A stretch of DNA of 63,984 bases, counting the filler, from a bacterium (GTDB taxonomy: Bacteria > UBA9089 > CG2-30-40-21 > SBAY01), in the NCBI GenBank assembly GCA_040757115.1. It is 8 parts of 8 records of this genome, joined end to end, with 100 filler letters (N's around TTAATTAATTAA, not from the genome) between each part and the next. Parts side by side here need not be neighbours in the genome. Positions count along the whole stretch, not along the records: positions 20,815 to 48,770 come from JBFLYA010000027.1; 7 more parts are not named here. One strand, 5' to 3'. Made by a program: the position numbers and the translations under genes. The notes beneath the pieces are model-generated. The model saw only the letters and a program-made list of their open reading frames with translations. It did not search any database and was not told the origin of the DNA. The number at the start of each line of letters is the position of its first letter. Positions within the stretch are counted from its first letter, which is position 1. Shown piece after piece: positions 21,127 through 32,070 of this stretch.

Positions 21127-22176
21127 TTACACCTGTGAACGGTTACCATTTACGGTTACTTGAATTGGAAGGAGGAAATTTTTTGCCTCTTCCTTAAAAA
21201 ATAATAGTCGAGGTCTTGTTGTTCCAAAATTATACTCGGCAAAAGGTTTTTTTGTAAGAAATTCTTGAGTTTTATCGGGAGAGATGATAATTACGGGCCT
21301 GAATATTGCCTCAAAACCTGTTCTGAGTGCTTTATACATTTTTTCTAATGAAACGATTCTGGTTTCATCACCAAATTGCTCTGCAAATGAATGAGTTCCC
21401 GTTCTTATTCCTAAATATACGGTTAAATGAGTCGTATATTTTTCTGGATAATGAGTAGCATAATACTTGCCGGTAAGTATATCTCCTGGTAAGACTAAAT
21501 TAATTGCATTTTCATCTAAGGGTAGATAATCTTTTTTCTCCTTCCAGAAGTCTATTGCCTTTTTTCCAGTAGGGTCTTGTTTTTGATATAAGGCATAGCC
21601 GTTATTTAACATCAATTCAACTACTTCCCAGGTGGATGATTTCCAATCACTATCATCAATTAACCCAATCTCTATTAGAAATTTATCTATGGCATCATAC
21701 TCACCCAATTTGCCATACCAACTTGAATTTAATATCTGATAAATTTCAGGGGAAACTTCAGGGAAAATGTCTGGAGTCTGATTCCATGATTGAATCGTAG
21801 TATCCATTATTTCTTTAACCCTGGTAACCCGTAATGAATAATCCAGCATCTCATTTACACTTGTATAACCTAATTCTGTAGATAGTTTTTTAAACCAGAC
21901 TGCATAAAGCATCTGGATAGTGGCCGTGCAATTATATTTTTCGCCATTATTTGGTATTTCATCTACTGTTAGTTTTTTCCAGAATTTACTTATGTATATA
22001 GGAATGGTATTTTCTTCATTCTTAAGGATATGATTTGAGATATTCTCTCCTGTGGTTCGAAGTGCACCTATTTCCTGAGAATAAGAATTTAATATTATCA
22101 ACACAAATGCAAGAGAAATGACATAAATGACCTTTTTGAATAAGTTGTTATCCTCTATATTTTTTACTTTACCCAT
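21127..22176 (-). CDS. Membrane-anchored hypothetical protein, possible divergent NlpC/P60-CHAP fold
   Basis: N-terminal TM; YNCTA, LPGDIL, THLTVYLG, AEQ. Confidence 0.6.
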   Translation of the reverse strand: MGKVKNIEDNNLFKKVIYVISLAFVLIILNSYSQEIGALRTTGENISNHILKNEENTIPIYISKFWKKLTVDEIPNNGEKYNCTATIQMLYAVWFKKLSTELGYTSVNEMLDYSLRVTRVKEIMDTTIQSWNQTPDIFPEVSPEIYQILNSSWYGKLGEYDAIDKFLIEIGLIDDSDWKSSTWEVVELMLNNGYALYQKQDPTGKKAIDFWKEKKDYLPLDENAINLVLPGDILTGKYYATHYPEKYTTHLTVYLGIRTGTHSFAEQFGDETRIVSLEKMYKALRTGFEAIFRPVIIISPDKTQEFLTKKPFAEYNFGTTRPRLLFFKEEAKNFLLPIQVTVNGNRSQV

Positions 22177-22340
22177 TTTTAGATTTCCCTTTTCAAGAAG
22201 GTTAAGATTGAGGGAGCAAAAGAAGTTGAGATTTCTCATCCTCTCACCTTCTAATCCTCCCAACTTCTTCTCTTTCTTAACCGTAACCTTTCCTTAACTA
22301 TATATATCGACAAATTTATTGATTTTCTTAATAATTTTTG

Positions 22341-22369
22341 TTGACAATAGGTGAAAATAGATGTAAAAT
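22341..22369 (+). promoter_or_regulatory. Sigma70 promoter of hisI-trpE
   Basis: TTGACA-17-TAAAAT with extended TG. Confidence 0.7.
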
Positions 22370-22390
22370 CTAACTAATGGAGGTAAATAA

Positions 22391-22714
22391 ATGGAATTAA
22401 AATTTGATGACCGTGGATTAATCCCGACAATAATTCAGGATGAGGCGACAAAGGACATTTTAATGCTTGCTTATATGAATAAAGAATCATTACAGAAGAC
22501 CATAGAAACAGGTAAAACACATTTCTGGAGCAGGTCAAGACAATCACTCTGGTTAAAAGGAGAAACCTCCGGCCATTTTCAATTAGTTAAAGAAATCTGG
22601 TATGATTGTGATGAGGATACCTTATTGGTTAAAGTAGAACAAATAGGTAATGTGGCTTGCCATACTGGCGAGCGAAGTTGCTTTTATCGAAAGTTGTATT
22701 CTGCAGATGAATAG
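22391..22714 (+). CDS. hisI: Phosphoribosyl-AMP cyclohydrolase
   Basis: [35 protein letters not shown]. Confidence 0.97.
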   Translation: MELKFDDRGLIPTIIQDEATKDILMLAYMNKESLQKTIETGKTHFWSRSRQSLWLKGETSGHFQLVKEIWYDCDEDTLLVKVEQIGNVACHTGERSCFYRKLYSADE

Positions 22715-22799
22715 AACGCAGATGACGCAGATTTAACAGATAGATGCTGATTTTATTGGTCTTTGGTCTATGGTCTGTGGTCTATTTCGGGGAGAATTT

Positions 22800-24278
22800 A
22801 TGTATTATCCAACTAAAGAAGAATTTAGACAAAAATCTAAGCAAGGTAATTTAATACCTGTTTATAAAGAGATTCTGGGGGATCTGGAAACCCCTCTTTC
22901 TGCTTTCTACAAGATTAGTCAATCAAAATACGCCTATCTTTTAGAAAGTGTAGAGAAGGGAGAAAAGTTGGGCAGATACTCATTTTTAGGTGCAAATCCT
23001 TCAATAATTTTTAAATCCAAAGGCAAGAACGGAGTGATTATTAGAGATGGTCAAGAGGAAACTTTTGATGTTGGTGAAGACCCATTAATTCAACTCAAAA
23101 AACTAATGAGTCAGTTTAAACCAGTCAAGGTTGATGGGCTACCAAGATTTTATGGAGGAGCAGTGGGTTATTTAAGTTATGATTATGTTAGATTTATTGA
23201 GAATCTGCCGGATAAAAATCCAGATGACCTTAATCTACCCCATACATTTTTTGCTATCACCGATACGATTATTATCTTTGACCACCTCCTTCAAACAATA
23301 AAAGTAGTCTCAAATGCTCACATAGATAATGACCCGGCTTTATCTTATGAGAAGGCAATAGAACAAATTGAAGGGATAATCACTAAATTACGCCAATCTT
23401 TACCAAATCCGAAATCCGAAATCCGAAATCCGAAATCCGAAATCCGATTAGAATCTAACTTTACTAAAGATGGATATGAGAAAATAGTGCGGCAGGCAAA
23501 GGAATACATCAAGGCAGGAGATATATTTCAAGTTGTCCCTTCTCAAAGGTTTAGTGGTAAGATTTATTGTGACCCTTTAACTATCTATCGTGCACTAAGA
23601 AAGATAAATCCTTCGCCTTATATGTATTATCTAAAATATGATGAGGTTGCAATTGTGGGTTCATCGCCAGAGATTTTGGTGAGATTAGAGGATGGGGAGG
23701 TAGAGACAAGACCTATTGCTGGGACCCGACCTCGAGGCAGTAATAAAGAGGCAGATAATGAATATGCTAAAGAGCTATTGGCAGACCCAAAGGAAAATGC
23801 AGAACACATTATGTTAGTTGACCTCGGTCGCAATGATATTGGACGGGTTTGTAAATATACAACAATTCACTTGCCTGAATTTAAAGTCATAGAAAAATAT
23901 TCACATGTTATGCACATTGTTACTTCCGTAAAAGGAAATCTTTTACCTCAGTTCGATGCCTTTAGTTTAATCAGGGCTTGTTTTCCTGCAGGGACAGTTA
24001 CAGGTGCTCCTAAAGTCAGGGCAATGGAAATAATTGATGAGTTAGAACCTACAAGAAGAGGACCTTATGCTGGTTGTGTTGGATACTTCAGTTTCTCGGG
24101 CAATTTAGATACCTGTATTACGATTAGAACTATTGTCATTAAAGATGGTAAAGCATACCTGCAAGCTGGAGGAGGAGTTGTAGCCGATTCAAATCCAGAA
24201 ACCGAATATTATGAGACAAAAAATAAACTTAAATGCTTAATTGATGCGATTGAATTGGCAGAGAAAGGATTGGAATAA
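22800..24278 (+). CDS. trpE: Anthranilate synthase component I
   Basis: [50 protein letters not shown]. Confidence 0.96.
   Translation: MYYPTKEEFRQKSKQGNLIPVYKEILGDLETPLSAFYKISQSKYAYLLESVEKGEKLGRYSFLGANPSIIFKSKGKNGVIIRDGQEETFDVGEDPLIQLKKLMSQFKPVKVDGLPRFYGGAVGYLSYDYVRFIENLPDKNPDDLNLPHTFFAITDTIIIFDHLLQTIKVVSNAHIDNDPALSYEKAIEQIEGIITKLRQSLPNPKSEIRNPKSEIRLESNFTKDGYEKIVRQAKEYIKAGDIFQVVPSQRFSGKIYCDPLTIYRALRKINPSPYMYYLKYDEVAIVGSSPEILVRLEDGEVETRPIAGTRPRGSNKEADNEYAKELLADPKENAEHIMLVDLGRNDIGRVCKYTTIHLPEFKVIEKYSHVMHIVTSVKGNLLPQFDAFSLIRACFPAGTVTGAPKVRAMEIIDELEPTRRGPYAGCVGYFSFSGNLDTCITIRTIVIKDGKAYLQAGGGVVADSNPETEYYETKNKLKCLIDAIELAEKGLE
23405..23446 (+). repeat. (AAATCCG)x6 in-frame tandem repeat inside trpE
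   Basis: 42 nt encoding [14 protein letters not shown]. Confidence 0.95.
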
Positions 24279-24334
24279 ATTTTAAATCTAAAATCTGCAA
24301 TCTAAAATCAAAAATAATTAGAGGAGGATAAATT

Positions 24335-24700
24335 ATGAGTGTATTGAAGGTTGCTATTAGTAAAAAATATAAGGATATTTTGGAACCTTTCGGAGACTTT
24401 CAAGGAGTGGTCAATAACGCTTTAAGAAGATATGTATTAGATATAAGTAGCGAGCGAGTTGAAAAATGTGAGACAGAAATTAAAAAATTAGAGGGAAAGT
24501 ATCATTGCTCATTTAAAACATTTCTTTCTAAGGTAGGTACAGATAAAGATATTACATTCCTACAACAAATAGAAGAAAAATATCCTATGTGGGAAAGCGA
24601 TTTTAACCTATGGGAATCCTATATCACGGAGTTGAATAAATGGAAGGAAAAGATGAGTATTATTTTGAAAGGTTATAGGTATAAGAAAGGACTACAATGA
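24335..24700 (+). CDS. Hypothetical protein, antitoxin-like
   Basis: GAGGAG RBS; LEGKYHCSFKTF...ESDFNLWE pattern. Confidence 0.65.
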   Translation: MSVLKVAISKKYKDILEPFGDFQGVVNNALRRYVLDISSERVEKCETEIKKLEGKYHCSFKTFLSKVGTDKDITFLQQIEEKYPMWESDFNLWESYITELNKWKEKMSIILKGYRYKKGLQ

Positions 24701-26373
24701 TGAAAACAAAAAACAACCAACTTATCAAAAAAATAGAAGAATTGAAACTCCTCACTAAAATTAGCCAGATTATCAATTCTACCTTAGATCTGGAAAAATT
24801 ACTTAAAATAGTTATGGAATTAGTCACACAGATGTTACCTGTGGAATCTTCCTCTTTGATGCTTTTAGATAAAGAAAAGAACGAACTTGTTTTTGAAGTA
24901 GCAATTGGTGAGAAGAGTAAGGAGGTAAAAAGGATTACATTCCCTGCAGATAAAGGAATTGCCGGGTGGGTAGTTACAAATCGCAAACCTCTCATAGTTA
25001 ATAATGTTAGTCAGGATTCACGATTTTATTCAGAAATTGATACTGTTACCCATTATAAAAGTAAATCTATATTATGCGTGCCATTGAAGATAAAACAAAG
25101 GATAATTGGTGTTCTGGAGGCAATTAATAAGATTGATGGCGATTTTACAAAGGAGGATGTCCAATTACTCAACACCATTGTTAATCAAATCGCGGTGGCG
25201 GTTGAAAATGCACAATTGTATAAAAAACTTGAAAAAAAGGTAGAATTAGCCAATCAGGAATTAATCCATGCTAATAGATTATTACTCCTTGAAAAGGATA
25301 AAGTTAAAGCCGTTATTGAAGGGATGGATGACGGTGTTTTTGCTACGGATAACAGTGGTAAGGTAATTTTGTTAAATCATAAATCTGAAAAACTATTAGG
25401 AAAAAAGATAGGTTGTTCCCTTAAAGATTTAATCAGAGACGAAGGATTTATTCAAGCATATCAAGAGGCGGGAAGAAAAGGGAGAGTGATAGAAAAAGAA
25501 CTTAGTTTTAACTTACAACAAATATATAGCGTGATTATTACGCCGATGAAAGAAAAAGGTAAAACAGTTGGTCAGATAGCGGTCATGCGAGACATTACCA
25601 AACAAAAAGAAATGGAACGACTAAAGACTAATTTTATTTCCGTTGCCTCACATGAATTAAAAACACCATTAACCTCGATTAAATCTTTAGCCGAGATGCT
25701 ATTAGATGAAGAATTGGAGCCACAGACACAAAAGGAGTTCACCCAGATTATTAATGATGAGGCAGATAGACTTGCTCGCCTATTAGGAGATTTGATGAAT
25801 ATTTCAAAGATTGATTCAGGGAAAAGAAAAATTAATAAACAACCTCTAATCATAACGGATATATTAGAATCAGTTCGCATAAGATTTAAAGAATTAGCCC
25901 GGCGCAATGGGGTGATAATGAATTTTGAGATAGAGGATGATTGTCAAGAAATAGTCGCGGATAAAGATATTATTGATGAAATTTTTATAAATTTAGTCTC
26001 AAATGCCATTAAATTTTCTCCAAAAGGTGGAGAGGTAAAAATAGAGGTGAAGAAAATCGAATATGAAAAGTTACCTGAGACGATAAAACACCAATTAGCA
26101 CTACTTCCATATATCTTGATATCTATAGCGGATACAGGGATTGGTATTGCCAAACAGGAAATGAAACATCTTTTTGTCGATGAGTTCTTCCGGTCAGAAA
26201 GAAAAGAGGTTCGTGAAGTAAGTGGAACAGGACTTGGACTAACTATTGTTAAAAGATTAATTACTCGACTTGGCGGAGATATTTTTGTTGAAAGTAAAAT
26301 TGGTAAAGGAAGTAAATTTTCCTTTGTTCTGCCAGTTATTGGTGGTAAAGGGGTAACACCCTCGGATGGTTGA
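24697..26373 (+). CDS. GAF-PAS sensor histidine kinase
   Basis: GIAGWV, SILCVPL, ASHELKTPL, NLVSNAIKF, DTGIG, GTGLGL. Confidence 0.95.
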   Translation: MMKTKNNQLIKKIEELKLLTKISQIINSTLDLEKLLKIVMELVTQMLPVESSSLMLLDKEKNELVFEVAIGEKSKEVKRITFPADKGIAGWVVTNRKPLIVNNVSQDSRFYSEIDTVTHYKSKSILCVPLKIKQRIIGVLEAINKIDGDFTKEDVQLLNTIVNQIAVAVENAQLYKKLEKKVELANQELIHANRLLLLEKDKVKAVIEGMDDGVFATDNSGKVILLNHKSEKLLGKKIGCSLKDLIRDEGFIQAYQEAGRKGRVIEKELSFNLQQIYSVIITPMKEKGKTVGQIAVMRDITKQKEMERLKTNFISVASHELKTPLTSIKSLAEMLLDEELEPQTQKEFTQIINDEADRLARLLGDLMNISKIDSGKRKINKQPLIITDILESVRIRFKELARRNGVIMNFEIEDDCQEIVADKDIIDEIFINLVSNAIKFSPKGGEVKIEVKKIEYEKLPETIKHQLALLPYILISIADTGIGIAKQEMKHLFVDEFFRSERKEVREVSGTGLGLTIVKRLITRLGGDIFVESKIGKGSKFSFVLPVIGGKGVTPSDG

Positions 26374-26410
26374 CAAATTAAGATAACATATAGTATACTA
26401 TTTTCAGGAG

Positions 26411-28762
26411 GTGAACAAAATGAGGTTAATATGGTTCATTATAATAAGTATTGGCTTAATTGGGCAGGCTTTTTCTGAAGAGATAACCGAAGATTATAAA
26501 GCAGAGGCACAATGGCATTATGAAATGGCTTGTGATTGCCTGAAAAAAGAAGACAAAAATCTTACCGAGGCAATCAGAATACTTCACGAGATTGTTGATT
26601 ACTATGACCCTGACCACTTGCAGGCTTATGAATTACTTATTAAATGTTATGAAGAACTTAAGAATGAGGATAATTTAAAAAGTATCCAGCAAAGATACAC
26701 CCAAAGGTTACAAATTCAAAAAGAACAGAAACCAAAGAAAGACCAAATCACTGAATATTACACTGGAGGGACGGAAACAAACCAGATTAATGAATTAATC
26801 CAAAATCTTAAATTAGCGGATGCAGAAAAACGATATAATGCGGCTGAAAAATTAATCAATAAAGGGGATTTAGTCGTTTCAGCTTTAATTAAGGCACTTG
26901 AAAGTAATGATTTGGTTTTGCAAGGTATGGCGTGCTATATCTTAGGGAAAATAGGAAATAACCAGGCAGTAGAGCCACTTATTAATTTATTAAAGCAAGG
27001 TGTGCCAGCCAGCAAAATTACCTCAGCAAAGGCATTAGGAGATATTCAGGATAAAAAGGCTATTGTGGAGCTTATCAATGCCTTATCAGAGCCTTATTTT
27101 AATCATTACGAAGGGAAATATAAGATAAGGGAGGCGGCGGCAGATGCCCTGTCTAAATATGGTGAAAAGGCACTACCAAAACTTATCCACTCAGCCAGAA
27201 GTGATAATGAGGCAACACGCTGGTTCTCCTTAGAGGCATTGCAACGGATGGAATCTATCCCACAAACAGCTACATTGACCTTTATAAATGCCCTGATAGA
27301 TAAAAATGACCAGGTCAAATTGACCGCAGTTAAGGCACTTGGAAAAATAAGAGATGAAAACTCTATCCCTTCGCTTGCCCGCACACTAAAAAGTAACAAT
27401 GCAACTATCCGATATTTTGCTGTTCAATCTCTTGGTGAAATTAATTCAAAAGAGTGCATAATGCCTCTTCTGGGAGCATTAAATGATGAGGATACTCAAG
27501 TAGTCAATGAGGCAATCAAGGTTTTGGTAAAACTTGGGGCAAAAGACGCTATTAATTCCATTCTGGTGATTGCTCAGGATGAAAAACGACCTGTGACCTC
27601 AAGATGGTATGCTATTCGGGCTATTGGGCAGTTGTATGCTCTTGAAGGAATGCCAATTTTAATCAAGGCATTATCAGATGAAAATGAGTGGATAAGAAGT
27701 GCGGCCGCAACGGCTTTAAACATTCCAAAAACAATCGAGGATAAAGAATTATTAGAAAAGAAAAAAAAGGCACTGACTTCACTTGGACTTAAATTCGCCC
27801 TCACCTCTTCTGCGACCTACGAAGAGGCACGAAAGGCAAGTATTTCAAAGGCACTAAAATTCCTTGTTGCCAATCAACACGAAGATGGCCATTTCCAGAG
27901 TGATATTTTCCCATTAGGCGTAACTCAATTAGCACTTTTATGCCTTTTAAAAGAAAGAATAAATGAAGAAGACCCGGTAGTTAAAAAAGGTATTGAATAT
28001 ATGCTCAAACATGCAAACCCAGATGGTAGTTATCTCTCAATAAGTGAGCCGGAAAAGATAAAATGCTCGTATAATACCTCGTTAGCGATAATGGTTTTAT
28101 CGGCAACTGAAAACCCAATGTATAAAAATCTGGTTGAAAAAAGTATATCCTGGCTTTTGAGTATTCAAGATAAAGATGGCGGTTTTGGGTATGTTGCAGG
28201 TGGCAGGTCAGATTTAAGTTCAACAGAGTTTGCCTTAATGGCATTAGATTCTGGATATAAATTCTTAGGACGAGCCAAAACCGATGATGTCTGGATACGG
28301 GCATTGGATTACTTAACTCAGCAACAAAATTCAGATGGTGGGTTTGGATATATCAAAGAAAAAGGCACTGTATCTTATGGAAGTATGGGTGCGGCGGGTT
28401 TAATTGGGTTTTTACTTTGTAATTTAGACACCGCGGACATTCGAGCAAAAAATGCCCTGCACTGGATTAGCCAGAATTATACCTTAAATGAAAATCCATA
28501 CGGACCGGCTAAATGGTACGAATATTATATTCATAGCCTGGCTTTTGCACTTGAATTGACTAAAAAAGAAATCATAATTGATAGATATGGTAAGGTGCAT
28601 TATTGGTATCCAGAGATAGTCAATAAATTGATAAGAATGCAGGATAAAGAAGGTTTTTGGGTAATCTCGCAAGACTGCCTTTTTACAACATATTTTACCC
28701 AGGTATTACAAATAAAACCTATGCCAGAAAGCATTGAGTTAAAATTAGAAAATGAAAATTAA
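26411..28762 (+). CDS. Exported TPR + HEAT-repeat + prenyltransferase/squalene-oxidase-repeat protein
   Basis: Signal peptide; ALGKI-type HEAT repeats; QDKDGGFGY, QNSDGGFGY, QDKEGFW repeats. Confidence 0.85.
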   Translation: MNKMRLIWFIIISIGLIGQAFSEEITEDYKAEAQWHYEMACDCLKKEDKNLTEAIRILHEIVDYYDPDHLQAYELLIKCYEELKNEDNLKSIQQRYTQRLQIQKEQKPKKDQITEYYTGGTETNQINELIQNLKLADAEKRYNAAEKLINKGDLVVSALIKALESNDLVLQGMACYILGKIGNNQAVEPLINLLKQGVPASKITSAKALGDIQDKKAIVELINALSEPYFNHYEGKYKIREAAADALSKYGEKALPKLIHSARSDNEATRWFSLEALQRMESIPQTATLTFINALIDKNDQVKLTAVKALGKIRDENSIPSLARTLKSNNATIRYFAVQSLGEINSKECIMPLLGALNDEDTQVVNEAIKVLVKLGAKDAINSILVIAQDEKRPVTSRWYAIRAIGQLYALEGMPILIKALSDENEWIRSAAATALNIPKTIEDKELLEKKKKALTSLGLKFALTSSATYEEARKASISKALKFLVANQHEDGHFQSDIFPLGVTQLALLCLLKERINEEDPVVKKGIEYMLKHANPDGSYLSISEPEKIKCSYNTSLAIMVLSATENPMYKNLVEKSISWLLSIQDKDGGFGYVAGGRSDLSSTEFALMALDSGYKFLGRAKTDDVWIRALDYLTQQQNSDGGFGYIKEKGTVSYGSMGAAGLIGFLLCNLDTADIRAKNALHWISQNYTLNENPYGPAKWYEYYIHSLAFALELTKKEIIIDRYGKVHYWYPEIVNKLIRMQDKEGFWVISQDCLFTTYFTQVLQIKPMPESIELKLENEN

Positions 28763-29918
28763 AGCAGTTTTAACTTCGGATAATCATTTAAATAATTATT
28801 ATGCAAAGATGTCGCCGGTGCGGTTAGAAGAGCGTCGGGCGATAATTCGTCAGGCATTTCAACAAACGATTGAATTTAGCCTCGAAAAGCAAGTGAATTT
28901 ATTTTTACATGCCGGTGACCTGTTTGATATGCCTGACCCTAAAAATACTGAATTAATCTTCATTGCTCGCCAATTCCAGAGGCTAATCAAGAATAATATT
29001 CAGGTGTTTTTAATTGGTGGCACACACGATGTCCCTAAAACACGCACCGTGACCACAGAAGGTATTCCACAGCGTATCTTCCATGAAACAGAACAGGCGC
29101 ATCTTTTATATGATGCCACACAAATCCAGACAGTCAAAACTAAAATTAAGGATTTAGAAATAGTCGTAGGAGGATTGTCATATAATCCTAAACTCATCAA
29201 AGGAGATGACCCATTAAGTAATCTCACCTTTCCAGCAATTGGTGATATAAATATTCTTCTCCTTCATTATGGCATTGAAAATCATATACCAGCGGATGTT
29301 AATGAACCATTACTAAGATATTCGAGTATTTCCAAATTAGATGGGGTAAATTATGTCTTCGTCGGACATCAACATCGAACAGAGGTGTTTAAAATAGAAG
29401 ATAAACAGGTTATTATCCCGGGTGCTACGGAACGAATGAGTTTTGGAGAATTATCTAATCCAACGGGATTTTATTATTTAGAGTTAGAAAAAAGTGGTCT
29501 ATCAAGCCTGGAATATATTAAAATAGAACCTCAGCCAATGATTGAATTTAAGATTTCTTTAGCTACCTTTTCATCATCAGGCGACCCAACCCCATATCTC
29601 ATCGAAAGATTTTTACCCGTATGTACTCCAGAAGGTATTTTAAAATGTAAAATTATTGGGAGTATCTCTCGGGAGCTTTTTCATAAACTTAGACTTAATG
29701 AAATCTGGCAGTTTGGAATGTCACACAACTTCCATTTTGACCTGGATACAAAGGACCTGTTTATTGAAGATGAAATGATAAAGCTAAATTCTTCTAACAG
29801 TATAAGTCAGCGAGATGAAATCACTAATGTGGTTGCGGCACTAATTGATGAGGTTCAAGAAGAGGATGAAAAAAGGATAATTCACGAGGCAAAAAATCTT
29901 ATCTTTTCAAGCATTTGA
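28752..29918 (+). CDS. SbcD/Mre11-family metallophosphoesterase
   Basis: SDNH, AGDLFD, GTHD, GHQH, PGATER. Confidence 0.88.
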   Translation: MKIKAVLTSDNHLNNYYAKMSPVRLEERRAIIRQAFQQTIEFSLEKQVNLFLHAGDLFDMPDPKNTELIFIARQFQRLIKNNIQVFLIGGTHDVPKTRTVTTEGIPQRIFHETEQAHLLYDATQIQTVKTKIKDLEIVVGGLSYNPKLIKGDDPLSNLTFPAIGDINILLLHYGIENHIPADVNEPLLRYSSISKLDGVNYVFVGHQHRTEVFKIEDKQVIIPGATERMSFGELSNPTGFYYLELEKSGLSSLEYIKIEPQPMIEFKISLATFSSSGDPTPYLIERFLPVCTPEGILKCKIIGSISRELFHKLRLNEIWQFGMSHNFHFDLDTKDLFIEDEMIKLNSSNSISQRDEITNVVAALIDEVQEEDEKRIIHEAKNLIFSSI

Positions 29919-29930
29919 GGAAAACGCTCA

Positions 29931-29968
29931 TTCGAAAGCAGAATTAAACAAGTTAATTCTGCTTTCGA
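29931..29968 (+). terminator. Strong hairpin after SbcD-like gene
   Basis: TCGAAAGCAGAATTAA / TTAATTCTGCTTTCGA; no U-tract. Confidence 0.5.
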
Positions 29969-30070
29969 GGTCTAACCCCACCATCTTTTCCATTTTCCCT
30001 TCATTACATCCTGAACACTTACCATTATTTTTAGTTGACAAAAATAAGGATGTAGGATAGAATAAATTTG

Positions 30071-31105
30071 ATGAAAATCAATCCTGATAAAATATTACTC
30101 ATTCAATTAAGGAGAATAGGTGATGTTTTGATGACTACGCCGGCGGTTAAATCACTTAAAAAACGATTTCAAGAGACAAAAATTACATTCTTGACCGAAC
30201 CGCCATCTGATGAAATCTTTCGTCACAATCCTTATGTAGATGAAATCTTACTCCATAATCGCCATTTTAAAGCAAAGGATTATCTGAAATTCATCCAAGA
30301 ATTACGCAAAAGGCGATTTGATTTAGCCATAGATTTTTTTAGTAATCCTCGCAGTGCACAGATAGCCTTTTTTAGTGGGGCAACACATCGAATTGGATTT
30401 AACTTTCGTGGTCGAGCCTGGTTATATACCTCAAATGTAAATTTACCTCAGGATAAAAATCTTTATTCCGCCATTCATAAATTACATCTGTTAAAACCAC
30501 TGGGAATAGATGTAGAAGATTGTCAAATTGAGTTTTTTTGTTCATCACAAGATTATGAATATGCCAGGGAACTAACAAGAAAGTTAGGAATTACGGCTAA
30601 TGATTTCGTTATCGCCCTTTGTCCAGTTTCAAGGCGAGAATATAGAGTTTTGCCAGCAGAAAAATTTGCCTGGATTTCAGATAGTTTAATTAAAAAATAC
30701 AACGCTAAAATTCTATTTATGTGGGGTTATGATGAAAAGGGTTTTATTGATAAGGTAAAGTCCCGGATGAAGTATGCCGAGAGGACATTCGATGATTATG
30801 AAATCCCAACGATTAGTCAGGTTAGGGCTCTTTTTGAAAAAGTCAATCTTTACATCGGAAATGATAATGGCATCAGACATATTGCGATTGCCGCTGGAAC
30901 TCCAACGGTAACTGCTTTTGGACAATCAAACCCTTTTAACTGGACACCACCTGAGAGTAAATTCCACCAGTTTGTAGATTATGACCCCGGTTGTAAAGAA
31001 AAGTGTAATGCTGCCAGATGTAAAGTCTATCGCTGTATCACTGAGATAAGTGAGATAGAGTATCTTAAAAAGATTGAAGAGTTGATACAACGCATTGGTC
31101 ATTAG
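30071..31105 (+). CDS. GT9 LPS heptosyltransferase-family glycosyltransferase
   Basis: RRIGDVLMTTP, GNDNGIRHIAIAAGTP; TTGACA-17-TAGAAT at 30035-30063. Confidence 0.92.
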   Translation: MKINPDKILLIQLRRIGDVLMTTPAVKSLKKRFQETKITFLTEPPSDEIFRHNPYVDEILLHNRHFKAKDYLKFIQELRKRRFDLAIDFFSNPRSAQIAFFSGATHRIGFNFRGRAWLYTSNVNLPQDKNLYSAIHKLHLLKPLGIDVEDCQIEFFCSSQDYEYARELTRKLGITANDFVIALCPVSRREYRVLPAEKFAWISDSLIKKYNAKILFMWGYDEKGFIDKVKSRMKYAERTFDDYEIPTISQVRALFEKVNLYIGNDNGIRHIAIAAGTPTVTAFGQSNPFNWTPPESKFHQFVDYDPGCKEKCNAARCKVYRCITEISEIEYLKKIEELIQRIGH

Positions 31106-31130
31106 TTATTTGGCTAAACACTTACGATTT

Positions 31131-31448
31131 GAGGAAAAACGGGCATGAGTCTGCGACTCACAAAGGGGGATGAAAATTAAGGGACTCGGGACTCGGGGCT
31201 CGGGATTCGGGAATAAAAGAATCCCCTAACCTCTTAATCTCCCGCCAGCGGGGAGATAAAAAAATAAAAATCTGTGTCCTCTGCGAAATCTGCGGATTAT
31301 TTTCAGGGGAAACGGACATGAGCTAGGGCTCACAAAGGGCAATGAAAATGGGAGAAGGACAACCCCCTAACCCCCTTTATTAAGGGGGAATTGCTGAGAG
31401 TTTCTTTCTTCCCGAATCCCGAGTCCCGAGTCCCGATTTTCAGGAGGA
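31131..31448 (+). repeat. Two AGGAG/hairpin cassettes in tandem, ending in the RBS of the next gene
   Basis: ATG-AGTC-tgc-GACT-CAC and ATG-AGC-tagg-GCT-CAC; terminal TTTTCAGGAGG then ATG 31456. Confidence 0.85.
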
Positions 31449-31455
31449 AGTAAAA

Positions 31456-32043
31456 ATGTTTGATGTAATGTTAATAAAGGAATTTTATACTGATTATCTG
31501 GTTAAATGGCATCAGGATGAGTATCTTGAGATTGAGAATTACGAAGAAATTTATCAGATTATTTATAACTTGCATTTGACTAATTATCGTTTGTGGCATC
31601 AAGAAGATATTGCTCGGAGAACAGATGTGGCTGATAGGGTTATTGCAGATGTAAAGCAGAAGATTGATAAGTTAAATCAGAATAGAAATGATACTATTGA
31701 AAAGATTGATGAATATCTATGCCAGATATTACACCCACAAAACCTTTCTTTGCCAATGAATTCAGAAACCCCGGGAAGTATTCTGGACAGAATGTCGATA
31801 CTTTCGCTTAAGATATACCATATGACTGAGGAGACAAAAAGGATAGATGTAGATTCTGAACATATAAAAACCTGCCAGGAAAAAGTCCATATCTTGAAAG
31901 AACAATTCGATGATTTAAAAAATTGCCTTGAGGTTTTGCTTGAGGAAATTTTTACTGGTAAGAAAAGACTTAAAGTCTATCGCCAATTTAAGATGTATAA
32001 TGACCCACGGCTAAATCCACAACTTCGAGAAATTACCCACTAA
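31456..32043 (+). CDS. DUF4254 family protein
   Basis: LWHQEDIAR, IDKLNQNRND, NSETPGSILDRMSI, YRQFKMYNDP. Confidence 0.9.
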   Translation: MFDVMLIKEFYTDYLVKWHQDEYLEIENYEEIYQIIYNLHLTNYRLWHQEDIARRTDVADRVIADVKQKIDKLNQNRNDTIEKIDEYLCQILHPQNLSLPMNSETPGSILDRMSILSLKIYHMTEETKRIDVDSEHIKTCQEKVHILKEQFDDLKNCLEVLLEEIFTGKKRLKVYRQFKMYNDPRLNPQLREITH

Positions 32044-32070
32044 TCTTCTCCTTTCGGCTAATCAAAAAGT

